NCBI GenBank assembly: GCA_038227875.1
Contig: JBBRPR010000040.1
Location: 16,057-80,056, forward strand
Length of the DNA: 64,000 nucleotides
Direction: 5' to 3'
DNA from: Planctomycetota bacterium
GTDB taxonomy: Bacteria; Planctomycetota; SZUA-567; H5-PLA8
The translations under genes were made by a program, and so were the position numbers. Within the stretch, counting starts at the first letter, position 1. Each line of letters starts with the position of its first letter. Below are positions 1 through 9,317 of the stretch, one piece after another. The notes under the pieces are model-generated. The model was not told where the DNA came from, made no database searches, and saw only the letters and a program-made list of their open reading frames with translations.

Positions 1-2780
1 TCCGGCTGCGCAAAGACAGGTCCCAGATCTGGGCACACGTCACTATTACGCCGCTCTACGACGAGACGAAGAAAAAACTCCTGGGATTCGCAAAAGTCAC
101 GCGTGATATCACCGAACGCAAACGGCGCGAAGCGGAAGAACATCAGCACAAGTTGCGCCTGCTCGATCAGGCCTTTGATCCGATTTTCACGTGGACGCTC
201 GGAGAGCAAGGCGGCGTCACGTTCTGGAACAAGGGCGCCGAACGGGTCTACGGCTTCACCGAATCCGAAGCCCTGAACCGCTCCAGCCATCAACTGCTGA
301 ACACGCAGTTTCCCCAGGGCCTGCAAGAGGTCCTCGACGCGTTGGAGCGCAACGGCAATTGGTCCGGCGAAGTCCGGCACCGCGCCAAAGATGGGCGCTG
401 GCTGATCGTGGATGTGAGCATGTCGCGGACCATCAATCCCAACGGCATGGTGCAGATCCTGGAAGCCAATTGCGACATCACCGACCGCAAGCGGGCCGAG
501 GCGAATCTGAAAAGCAGCGAAGAGCGGCTGCGCCTGCTGGTCGACGGCGTGAAGGACTACGCGCTGATGATGCTCGATCGCGACGGCTGCGTGCTGACCT
601 GGTATGCCGGAGCCGAGAGCATCTTCGGTTATTCCGCCGCCGAGATCATCGGCAAACCCTACGCGACATTTTTCAGCTCCGAAGATGCCGCCGCCGGCCG
701 GCCGGAAAAGAAACTCGCGGCCGCCGCCGAACTGGGGAGGCAGGAGGAAAGTGGCTGGCGCGTGCGTAAAAATGGCTCGCGCTTCTGGGCCAACGGTACG
801 CTGACAGCGCTGTTCGATGAAAAGGGCAGGTCCACCGGTTATGCCAAAATCGTGAGGGATCTAACGGAAGTCCGGCGCAATGAAGAGCTGATGCGCTCGG
901 TCCTGGACCATACCTTCGACAGCATCATCAGCATCGACCAGATGGGCAAGGTTGAAATGCTCAACCGCGCCGCGGAAAAAACGTTCGGCTACACAAAGGA
1001 AGAGGTGCTGGGCCACAACGTTTCCATGCTGATGCCGCAGCCGTATTCCGGCGAGCATGACGGCTATTTGAAAAACTACCTGCAGACGGGTATCGCCAAG
1101 ATCATTGGCATCGGCCGCGAAGCTGCAGGTCTCCGCAAGGACGGCAGCCACTTTCCGCTGGAACTGGCAGTCACTGAATTCACGACCGAATTCGCCACCG
1201 GCCGGCACTTCACCGGCGTGATCCGCGACCTGACCCACCGTAAACTCGCGGAGGCGCAGCAGTCACGACTGACGGCGGTGATGCACGCCACGCCGGATTT
1301 CGTGGGAATCAGCGACGCCACCGGTCAGACCATCTTCGTCAACCGTGCCGGCCGTAAAATGGTGGGACTGACCGAAGATCAAGACGTCACGAAACTCACG
1401 ATTGAAGAGTTTCACGACCCGGCCACATATGAATTGATCCGTTCAGAGGCGTTGCCCCACGCCATCAAACATGGTGCGTGGAGCGGCGAAACATTCGTGG
1501 TGACCCGTTCGGGTGAGATGATTCCGGTATGGCAGGTGATCCTGGCTCACACCGGGGCAAATGGGAACGTGGAATTTTATTCGACCATCTGCCGCGACTT
1601 GCGCGACCGGCGGAAACTGGAACACCAGCTTCGCCACGCGCAAAAAATGGAAGCCGTCGGGCAGCTGGCCGGCGGAGTCGCGCACGATTTCAACAATCTG
1701 CTGACGATCATCTCCGGCTACAGCGAAATCCTGCGCGACGCGCTGGCGCCGACGAGCCCCTTGCACCGCGCCGTCAGTTCCATCCAGGACGCCTGCGATC
1801 GGGCCGCTTCACTCACACAACAGTTGCTGGCCTTCAGCCGCCAGACCGTGATGGAAACGCGCGTCGTGGACCTCAATTCCATCGTGCGGGATACCAGCCG
1901 CATGCTGAAGCGGCTGATCGGCGAAGACATCATCCTGGAGTTGGCGCTCGATCCGCAGATCCTGACGGTCAAGGTCGATCGGGATCAGGTGGGCCAGGTG
2001 CTGATGAATCTGGCGGTGAATTCGCGCGACGCGATGCCGACCGGCGGCCGCCTGACCATTGAAACCAAGACCATTACGTTCGATGAGAGCATTGTCACGC
2101 AGCGGCCGAACGTGAAGCCCGGCGACTACATTATGCTGGCCATGACCGATACCGGCTGCGGCATGGATGAAGCCACGCGCGTGCGGATCTTCGAGCCGTT
2201 TTTTACGACCAAGGGAGTGGGAAAAGGCACCGGCCTGGGCCTGGCCGTCGTCCACGGCATCGTCAACCAGAGCGGCGGGCATATCGAGGTCTACAGCGAG
2301 CCGGGTGTCGGTACGACGTTCAAAATCTATCTGCCGATAGTGCGAGAAAACCTGTCGCAGGCCGTGCCGAATCTGGAGATCGCCTCGCTCAAAGGCACCG
2401 AAACGGTGCTGCTTGTGGAAGATGAGGCCGCCGTGCGCGAGATCGCGAAGCTTGGCCTGCAGATCCAGGGCTACCAACTATTAGAGGCCGCCAGCAGCGA
2501 AGAAGCGCTGAAAATTCTCGCGACGCACGACAGCCCCGTGGATTTAATCATTACCGATGTGATCATGCCCGGCATCAGCGGCCCGGAGCTGGCCAAGCAG
2601 GTCCACGCCCGCTGGCCCAACACGAAACTGCTCTTCGCCAGCGGCTACACCCGCGACGCGGTGGTCCGCCACGGCATCCTGGAAGGCGAAGTCGCGTTCA
2701 TCCAGAAGCCGTACACGCCCTTTTCGCTGATGCGCAAAGCGCGCGCGGTGCTGGATGGGGCGAAGGAAGAGCCGAAGTAG
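1..2780 (+). CDS. Multi-PAS hybrid sensor histidine kinase/receiver, 5'-truncated by the window edge
   Basis: Frame is open from nt 3 ([18 protein letters not shown]...[13 protein letters not shown], a PAC motif). Four further PAS/PAC repeats, H-box [12 protein letters not shown]-box [11 protein letters not shown] boxes [21 protein letters not shown] and a C-terminal receiver (LLVEDE...TDVIMP...KP). Confidence 0.95.
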   Translation, partial: RLRKDRSQIWAHVTITPLYDETKKKLLGFAKVTRDITERKRREAEEHQHKLRLLDQAFDPIFTWTLGEQGGVTFWNKGAERVYGFTESEALNRSSHQLLNTQFPQGLQEVLDALERNGNWSGEVRHRAKDGRWLIVDVSMSRTINPNGMVQILEANCDITDRKRAEANLKSSEERLRLLVDGVKDYALMMLDRDGCVLTWYAGAESIFGYSAAEIIGKPYATFFSSEDAAAGRPEKKLAAAAELGRQEESGWRVRKNGSRFWANGTLTALFDEKGRSTGYAKIVRDLTEVRRNEELMRSVLDHTFDSIISIDQMGKVEMLNRAAEKTFGYTKEEVLGHNVSMLMPQPYSGEHDGYLKNYLQTGIAKIIGIGREAAGLRKDGSHFPLELAVTEFTTEFATGRHFTGVIRDLTHRKLAEAQQSRLTAVMHATPDFVGISDATGQTIFVNRAGRKMVGLTEDQDVTKLTIEEFHDPATYELIRSEALPHAIKHGAWSGETFVVTRSGEMIPVWQVILAHTGANGNVEFYSTICRDLRDRRKLEHQLRHAQKMEAVGQLAGGVAHDFNNLLTIISGYSEILRDALAPTSPLHRAVSSIQDACDRAASLTQQLLAFSRQTVMETRVVDLNSIVRDTSRMLKRLIGEDIILELALDPQILTVKVDRDQVGQVLMNLAVNSRDAMPTGGRLTIETKTITFDESIVTQRPNVKPGDYIMLAMTDTGCGMDEATRVRIFEPFFTTKGVGKGTGLGLAVVHGIVNQSGGHIEVYSEPGVGTTFKIYLPIVRENLSQAVPNLEIASLKGTETVLLVEDEAAVREIAKLGLQIQGYQLLEAASSEEALKILATHDSPVDLIITDVIMPGISGPELAKQVHARWPNTKLLFASGYTRDAVVRHGILEGEVAFIQKPYTPFSLMRKARAVLDGAKEEPK

Positions 2781-2838
2781 GGTGTGGCTTCGTGCTTCGC
2801 GGAAATCGTTGACCTGTCAACGCGCATCCACCGGATGA

Positions 2839-2952
2839 ATCCGTCCGGCGAAAAGTAGTCGGTGGTCGGTCGGGGGCGCTCGGCGGTTATGAGTTCCCGG
2901 TTGGAACGAGGCGAACGGGCTTCGTCAATTTCCGTCCGGCTAAAAGTAGTCG
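2839..2952 (+). repeat. Two copies of a dispersed ~20-40 bp repeat, TCCGGC(G/T)AAAAGTNGTCGG
   Basis: Copies at ~2843 and ~2934. Further copies at ~31957 (+), ~32009 (-, degenerate) and ~33321 (-). Confidence 0.8.
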
Positions 2953-3053
2953 GAACATTTATAGTCGAACCGGATATAAGCGTTACCGTGTGAGCAGAAA
3001 CGCGGCTCAATGTGATGACTCACTTGCTCAGAGTTAACCTTTCGGAAATAACG

Positions 3054-3698
3054 ATGAACTTTGACAAATTTAAAGCCACTTACAATCCGCCATTGTCGCG
3101 AACCGAAATTTCCGATGATTCCAAATTAGAAATTCTAAAGAGCCCGGGTGCGCGAGACTTTCTAAGCGCATTCAGCGGGATCACCATTGGTGACGGCCTC
3201 TACAGAGTCCACCATTTTTCTGAAATTGAACCGTGGACGCAACGAGTCACCGGCTGCCTGTTCAAAAAATACGCCTCTCGCGTGGAATGTTTTGGGTGTG
3301 ACTGGCGAGGGCGGCAATTTGCAGTTGAGAGCCAACGGCGAAATGCAGATGGTATTCCCTTGGTAACGATGTTTGATCCTGAAACTGGCAAAGCTTTCAA
3401 CACATCTTTTACCTTTTCAGGCTTTCACAACGATGCTTTGATAAATCTTACCGATGCCGTCTTGGACCTTGAACTCTTTCAGAATTGGCGCAAGGCTAAT
3501 CAGAATATTTCCTTAAAGCATAAAGATTGCATTGGATGCAGGATTCCGTTGTGTCTCGGCGGACGCGACGACGTGTCAAATTACGAGGTTACAGACATGT
3601 CCGTTTATTGGGAGTTAACGGGGCAATTTCTCGAAGGTACGAAGAACGTTCCTGCGGGAACAAAGATATCCGGCGTCAATGTTTCGAAGCAGAAATGA
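3054..3698 (+). CDS. Probable immunity protein (SMI1/GAD-like N-terminus, T6SS Tdi1/DUF1851-like C-terminus)
   Basis: Lower-GC ORF with FGCDWRGRQF and CIGCRIPLCLGGRDDVSNYEVTDMSVYW motifs typical of DUF1851. Start placed at ATG 3054 (ORF track gives 3012). Confidence 0.7.
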   Translation: MNFDKFKATYNPPLSRTEISDDSKLEILKSPGARDFLSAFSGITIGDGLYRVHHFSEIEPWTQRVTGCLFKKYASRVECFGCDWRGRQFAVESQRRNADGIPLVTMFDPETGKAFNTSFTFSGFHNDALINLTDAVLDLELFQNWRKANQNISLKHKDCIGCRIPLCLGGRDDVSNYEVTDMSVYWELTGQFLEGTKNVPAGTKISGVNVSKQK

Positions 3699-3765
3699 CG
3701 CTGCGTAGCATTTCATCGAGCACGGGTCAATTGCCGAGGCCGGGCGCGCTTATGATTGGACCAAA

Positions 3766-3794
3766 AAAACTCGCCGCTAAACGCGGCGAGTTTT
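3766..3794. terminator. Bidirectional intrinsic terminator
   Basis: AAAACTCGCCGC-taaac-GCGGCGAGTTTT hairpin between convergent genes. Confidence 0.8.
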
Positions 3795-3837
3795 ACTTCC
3801 GTTAGTCGACATTCGACATTCACTGCTTCGACATTCC

Positions 3838-4989
3838 TCAGAACCCCTTCGTCTGCGGCATCTCGATCGTCATCGTACCGACAACCTGGATCGTGAACGG
3901 GCCGTCGTGCGTGATGCGCGCGTTGGTTTTGCGCGGGGAGGAATCGTTCACGGTCAGCTCCAGCTTGTTGTCCGTCACCATTACGGTGAAGCGGTTCTTG
4001 GGCAGCGCCAAAGGTATCGTTTTGTCGACGTCCGGCATGTTGTTGTTCTCGCCATCCGTCCAGCCGCCGGTCGGCGCGTACTGCTTGGCCTCGTCGCCCT
4101 TGATGATGTAACCGAAACCCGTCGCGTAGTGGCTCGATTCGCGCTGGCTCATCATGTCGCTGACGAATTCGTTGTTGGCGTTGCGGCAGAACATGCGGAT
4201 CGTGCCGCTGCCGCCCTTGGGCACGGTCAGCTGCATCACGCCGTTGACGATCTTCGCTTCGCACTTGCCATCGGTGACTTCGTAAACGCCTTCGGATTTC
4301 TTCTTCCACGTGCCGGTGATCGTCGTCCAGCCGGCGGCCTTCAGCGCGCGCTCGACGTCGGGCGGAACGTTGCTGACGACCGGCTTCTCTTCGCTATTGT
4401 CCCACGGGCGGCGCGAGGTCGCAGGCGTCTTCGCGGCGACCTTCGGCTTGGCCAGGTTCTTCAGCGAATCGGGCATCCTGTCCGCGGAGACGTACAGCGG
4501 CAAGTTGAGCGTCGTGACTTTGCTCTGCGCTTCCTCCAGCGTGACGCTGTCGGTGTTCTTCGCCGCGATCTTGCCCAGCTCGGTGGCGTACTCTTCCATC
4601 GCGGTGTTGAATTGCGTGGTGTAGGGGCTGAGCTTCAAGATGTGCTTGTCGCAGTCCTTGCCCTTGGCCCGTGCGACGGGATCGCCGCCCTTGCCGAATT
4701 CCTGGTTGGCGCGGACGAAAAAATTCAGCGCGTTGGTCTTGTCGTCTTCGGCTTCATAGATCTGGCCGAGCTGATAGAGCGCGTCGCCGCAGCCGTCATC
4801 ATGAAAGAGCGCCTTGAAATAATAGAGCTTGGCCTGATCGAGCTTGCCGGCCTTCTTGAATTCCGCGGCGCTGTCAGCCAGACCCTTGGCGAGCCCCTTT
4901 TCCTTATCGTCGACATCGGCCGCCCGGGTGCTGAATGTCAACGCCACCGCGCCGGCACATACCAACTTTATCCACATGCTGCGAAACAT
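3838..4989 (-). CDS. Secreted TPR-containing hypothetical protein
   Basis: GGAGG RBS before ATG 4989, signal peptide, TPR-like helices (DALYQLGQIYEAEDDKTNALNFF), beta-rich C-terminal domain. Confidence 0.75.
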   Translation of the reverse strand: MFRSMWIKLVCAGAVALTFSTRAADVDDKEKGLAKGLADSAAEFKKAGKLDQAKLYYFKALFHDDGCGDALYQLGQIYEAEDDKTNALNFFVRANQEFGKGGDPVARAKGKDCDKHILKLSPYTTQFNTAMEEYATELGKIAAKNTDSVTLEEAQSKVTTLNLPLYVSADRMPDSLKNLAKPKVAAKTPATSRRPWDNSEEKPVVSNVPPDVERALKAAGWTTITGTWKKKSEGVYEVTDGKCEAKIVNGVMQLTVPKGGSGTIRMFCRNANNEFVSDMMSQRESSHYATGFGYIIKGDEAKQYAPTGGWTDGENNNMPDVDKTIPLALPKNRFTVMVTDNKLELTVNDSSPRKTNARITHDGPFTIQVVGTMTIEMPQTKGF

Positions 4990-5400
4990 ACCGCCTCCGT
5001 TTTTGCCCAATCTGCCATACGGTCGAAAAAGACCGCTCGTGTCAAATCACATCGCTACGCGTCAGGACTGTCCTTCGCTAAACAAGATGGAGGAACCAGC
5101 GTCACGGGTGAATGCAATAATCACGCAAAACCTATCATGAAAAGCACGGTGTGCAATTATAATCATTTGTAGAATTTATACCTCTTCAACGGACTGTTAC
5201 ATCCACAGGCCGATGCCCGATCCCAGTGTTCACGGTATTCGACGCCTCAGATCTCCATGTAGAGCGATAAAAACGGATGAAGCGTGTAACAATTCCGTCA
5301 CAAATCCTGATTAAACATTGCGGCTGCGACTTTTGCGGGGGATAATGGCTGGAAGTTAAGCTATGTCCCGCATGGACTTCACATCGAGCACGAGACTTTC

Positions 5401-6804
5401 ATGGCCGTCCCCAAAGCACGCGACGTAAAACTCACCGCCGGTCGAGAAAAAGTGGTCCTGGTCGGTGGTTACCGCCCCGGAGACCTGCTCCCTGGTGAAG
5501 CTCCGTTGGAAGAGCTGGAACAACTGGCCCGCACCGCCGGCGCGGTGGTCGTGGGCAAAATCGTTCAGAATATCAAGGAAGTGACGCCGGCCACATTCAT
5601 CGGCAAGGGCAAAGTTCAAGAGGTTAAAGAGCTGGCCGAAGCAATGGGCGCCAAGTGCGTGCTCTTCGATCACGACCTGCTACCCGGCCAGGGCAAAAAT
5701 CTCGACGTGGCCACCGGCATGAAGGTGATGGACCGCACCGAGCTGATTCTCGACATTTTCGCCAGCCGCGCGCGGACACGCATGGCGGCCGTGCAGGTCG
5801 GCATCGCGTTGCTCAACTACCGCCTGCCGCGTTTGAAGCGCTTGTGGACGCATTTGGAACGCCAGGTCGGCGGTATCGGCATGCGCGGCGGACCCGGCGA
5901 ACGGCAGATGGAAGTCGACCGCCGCAAAATTGAAAAGCAGATCGACGACCTCAAACACGAGCTGAAAGAAATCGAAAAGCGCAAAGAGCGTATGGTCCGC
6001 TCACGCGCCGCGGATCATTACCTCGTCTCGCTGGTGGGCTACACCAACGCCGGAAAAAGCACACTGATGCGCGCACTGACCGGCGAACAGGTGCTGGTTG
6101 AAGACAAACTCTTCGCCACGCTCGACACCAAGACCAGCATGCTGAAACTCGGTGGCGGCCTGCACGTGCTGCTCTCCGACACGGTCGGATTCATCCGCCG
6201 GCTGCCGCATCATCTGGTCGCGAGCTTTCACGCCACGCTGGAAGAAGCGCGCCACGCCGATTTGCTGCTGCATGTCGCCGACGCCTCGTCGCCGCACGTT
6301 CGCGGACAGATCGACGCGGTGAATTCCGTGCTGCGCCAGATTGGCTGCGCCGATCAGGAAGCGATTCTGCTGCTGAACAAGACCGACGCCGTCGGCACGG
6401 TCTCGAAGAACATTCTCGACGACAGCCCGATCGAACACACCACGGAGCTGGACTACACAATGCTCCGCCGCGATTTTCCGGAAGCGATTCCCGTCTCGGC
6501 GCTCCGCTCGGAAGGCTTGGAGCGCCTCAAGAACGAAATCCGCGAACGCGCCCGCGAAGACGCGCAGCCGTTGACGCTGGCCGTGCATGTCGGCGACGGC
6601 AAGACGCTGGCGTTCCTGGCGACGCATTTCTTCGAAGACTCCCGCGAAACCGACGACGAGTGGGTGACGCTGACCGGCCGCGCCTCGCGCAACGTCATCG
6701 AAAAGCTGCTGGGCTCGCAAGACACCGTCAAGATTCTTAAAGGGTGGACGCCGGACACCGACAAGAAGTTTGAGCCGCTGGCCGTCAATCCGCGACCGCT
6801 GTAA
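5401..6804 (+). CDS. hflX: Ribosome-splitting GTPase HflX
   Basis: DRTELILDIFASRA, GPGE, GYTNAGKS, DKLFATLD, DTVGFI and NKTD motifs. Confidence 0.97.
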   Translation: MAVPKARDVKLTAGREKVVLVGGYRPGDLLPGEAPLEELEQLARTAGAVVVGKIVQNIKEVTPATFIGKGKVQEVKELAEAMGAKCVLFDHDLLPGQGKNLDVATGMKVMDRTELILDIFASRARTRMAAVQVGIALLNYRLPRLKRLWTHLERQVGGIGMRGGPGERQMEVDRRKIEKQIDDLKHELKEIEKRKERMVRSRAADHYLVSLVGYTNAGKSTLMRALTGEQVLVEDKLFATLDTKTSMLKLGGGLHVLLSDTVGFIRRLPHHLVASFHATLEEARHADLLLHVADASSPHVRGQIDAVNSVLRQIGCADQEAILLLNKTDAVGTVSKNILDDSPIEHTTELDYTMLRRDFPEAIPVSALRSEGLERLKNEIRERAREDAQPLTLAVHVGDGKTLAFLATHFFEDSRETDDEWVTLTGRASRNVIEKLLGSQDTVKILKGWTPDTDKKFEPLAVNPRPL

Positions 6805-7004
6805 CAGAGTCATTGGGTATTGGTCAGTGATCATTTATGAAAATCAGTGCGGTCGGCGGCGTTCCGTAAATGACGGAGTCCGATGCACTTGTGAAGATAA
6901 TTATTTGAAATGGTCCCGGCATCCGGGTTGAAAATCAACCAAGCGCCTATAAAAATAAAGACAACTACTTTAACGACTAAAACATTTAAAGAAGGCGAAA
7001 ACCT

Positions 7005-9281
7005 ATGGCTGATAGCAGCCCGTCCACCGGTTTTACTGTCTCACTACCTTTGGGAGCTGGAATCGCAGCGGCGGGTCTGCTGTGTCTGGGAGGTGCGCTG
7101 GCGTATGGACTGCGCACGCCGCCGGAAGATCCCGAGGTCGCGTCAATTCAGAAGACCATCTCCGAAAATGCGACGCGTCTGGCCACCTATCGCGCGGATA
7201 TTCCGCAACTCACCACCGAGGCCGCGTCGCGCCGCGAAGAGCAGACAAAGTTAAAAGCCGACAACGATAAGCTCGAAGCCACGATCACTGAACGTACCGT
7301 CAAGTTCAATGCGCTGCAGAACGAACGGTCTGCGGCGCTGGCCGCGGCACAGGTCAAGCAGAACGATTCCTTCGACAAGGAACGGGACGCGCGCCAGAAG
7401 CTGGCCGAAACCAGCAATTCACAGCTGACTCAGGCGGAACTGCAGACACTGCTGACTCGCTACCAGAACATGCTGGTCACGTTGCTTTCGGAAGAAGGTC
7501 AGCTGGGCACCGGTTTCTACTATAGCCTGCCGCGCGGTGCGGTGGTCGTCGCACCGATTCCCAGCAGCCGGATCAATCTGCAGGTGATCATGAAAATGAA
7601 CGTGATCGTGCCGGGCCAGCAGGGCATGACTCCGGCGGCGACCATCGGGCGCGTGCTGTACATCGACGAGCAGACGGGACTCTCGTTCGTGTCCGCCGAA
7701 TTTCCGGCGTCGATCAAAGTCCGCTGCTTTGACGCCAAGGATATGAGCAAGGCCGAGGCTGGCGACAAGGTCTACGCCATCTCCACTCAGGTGGTCGGTG
7801 ATCGGATTCTGGAAAACAACGTCGTGGACGGTGACGTCAGTTCCACCGAACGCAGGGAAGGGAACCGGACGTACCTGCAGATCGGCATCGCCGGTAACGA
7901 TGGCATGTGTGGCGCGACTCTGGTGAACAAGCGCGGCGGTATGATCGGCGTCCTCATCGGTGCGGCACCGGGGCTGGAACGGACGAGCTTCGCGATTCCG
8001 GCCACGGAACTTCCTGCGGCAGCGGCGCGCTTTGCCGTGGCGCCGCCTCCGCCGGATCTCCCGGATGACGAGCCTCCACCAGGACGCCGCTTAAAGCCCG
8101 ATCGTCCGATTGCGGATAATCCGCCGATTCCGAACAATCCGCTTAATGCTCCAAACAGGCGCAGGAACTTTAATCCTGACGAGGTCAAAGCCGCGGTGGA
8201 AAAACACGCCCTTCCCTATTCCAGGGAGAACGCGCTCTTCCTCGGTTGGGCTCCCGATAACAATCCGCATGCAATCTTTTCGGGGCCGGACGGCTTGTTG
8301 GTAATACTTGACAATCCTCATGGAAAATTAATGGCGTACCGTCCGGGCAGTACCATTGCGGCATGGGAGCATCAATTCACAGGCAGACTGTGCCTGGCGT
8401 ACAGTTATCTGTTCAATCAAATTCTGGCGACACCCTGGGCTCAGGATAAAAAGACTCAGCCCCACACGATCGATTTTCGTAATGGCACCGCACAACCGAA
8501 GCCTGGCAAGTATCCAGAACGTCTGGAAGGCTTTTATCTGGAACTGGCCAATAACACATACATCTCCAACCGTACGGGCAACGGACTTGATTATTTCGAT
8601 TCCAACACCGGCGACTCAATGAGTCTCACCAACGATAAAATCATCGGCGTGACATCGGACCGGGTCTATGTACTTCACAATAATTCGGACTTGGGCTTCT
8701 TCGATTTGCAGCTCATGCTGGGTCTCAAGAAACAGGAGGTGCTCCTGCAGCGGCAACTTCAGGACTTGAACAAATTGCCTCCGACGCCCGATACCGCAAA
8801 AAAGAGAGATGGATTGATGGATCAATCCGGGGACGTGCGGGAGAAAATCCAACAGGCCACAAAAGCTTACCATGCGGAAGGAAATGGACAGATCTCGCAC
8901 ATTGGCGAAAATCGCTTCCTCATTGGTTATCAAATTTTTGAGCTAAAGGTGGGAGGCGTTCAATTGCTTGGCAGTCTGCCGACAGTCGAGCACAGTGCGA
9001 TTAACGAACCCTGGTTTGAAGGATACCTGCCTTCCTACTGGATCACGGCGGACAAACCGATTCGTCCCATCAACATTTCTCAAAACGGAAAATGGGCCAT
9101 CAGCCAGACCCATCTGTACAGCCTGACTGATTATAAGGTCGCTGCGGAGCTGCCGCTGCCCACGCGGTATGGCGGGTTCCTGACCGACAACAAGACCCTG
9201 TGGCTGTTCGATTCGGTTCACAACTGTTTCTATTTCCTGAACCTCGAAACCCTGGCACCGCAGAAGTTCAAAGCCAAATAG
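7005..9281 (+). CDS. Membrane-anchored trypsin-fold protein lacking the catalytic triad (TM, coiled coil, S1-like, Pro linker, beta-propeller-like)
   Basis: GTGF...DEQTGLSFV...GDKVYAI...YLQI...NDGMCGATLVN...FAIP aligns to the HtrA-type protease domain, but the His and Asp are absent and Ser is replaced by Cys. Confidence 0.75.
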   Translation: MADSSPSTGFTVSLPLGAGIAAAGLLCLGGALAYGLRTPPEDPEVASIQKTISENATRLATYRADIPQLTTEAASRREEQTKLKADNDKLEATITERTVKFNALQNERSAALAAAQVKQNDSFDKERDARQKLAETSNSQLTQAELQTLLTRYQNMLVTLLSEEGQLGTGFYYSLPRGAVVVAPIPSSRINLQVIMKMNVIVPGQQGMTPAATIGRVLYIDEQTGLSFVSAEFPASIKVRCFDAKDMSKAEAGDKVYAISTQVVGDRILENNVVDGDVSSTERREGNRTYLQIGIAGNDGMCGATLVNKRGGMIGVLIGAAPGLERTSFAIPATELPAAAARFAVAPPPPDLPDDEPPPGRRLKPDRPIADNPPIPNNPLNAPNRRRNFNPDEVKAAVEKHALPYSRENALFLGWAPDNNPHAIFSGPDGLLVILDNPHGKLMAYRPGSTIAAWEHQFTGRLCLAYSYLFNQILATPWAQDKKTQPHTIDFRNGTAQPKPGKYPERLEGFYLELANNTYISNRTGNGLDYFDSNTGDSMSLTNDKIIGVTSDRVYVLHNNSDLGFFDLQLMLGLKKQEVLLQRQLQDLNKLPPTPDTAKKRDGLMDQSGDVREKIQQATKAYHAEGNGQISHIGENRFLIGYQIFELKVGGVQLLGSLPTVEHSAINEPWFEGYLPSYWITADKPIRPINISQNGKWAISQTHLYSLTDYKVAAELPLPTRYGGFLTDNKTLWLFDSVHNCFYFLNLETLAPQKFKAK

Positions 9282-9317
9282 CCCGAATCTGCCTGCTCTG
9301 TTTATGCTGGAGAACCC

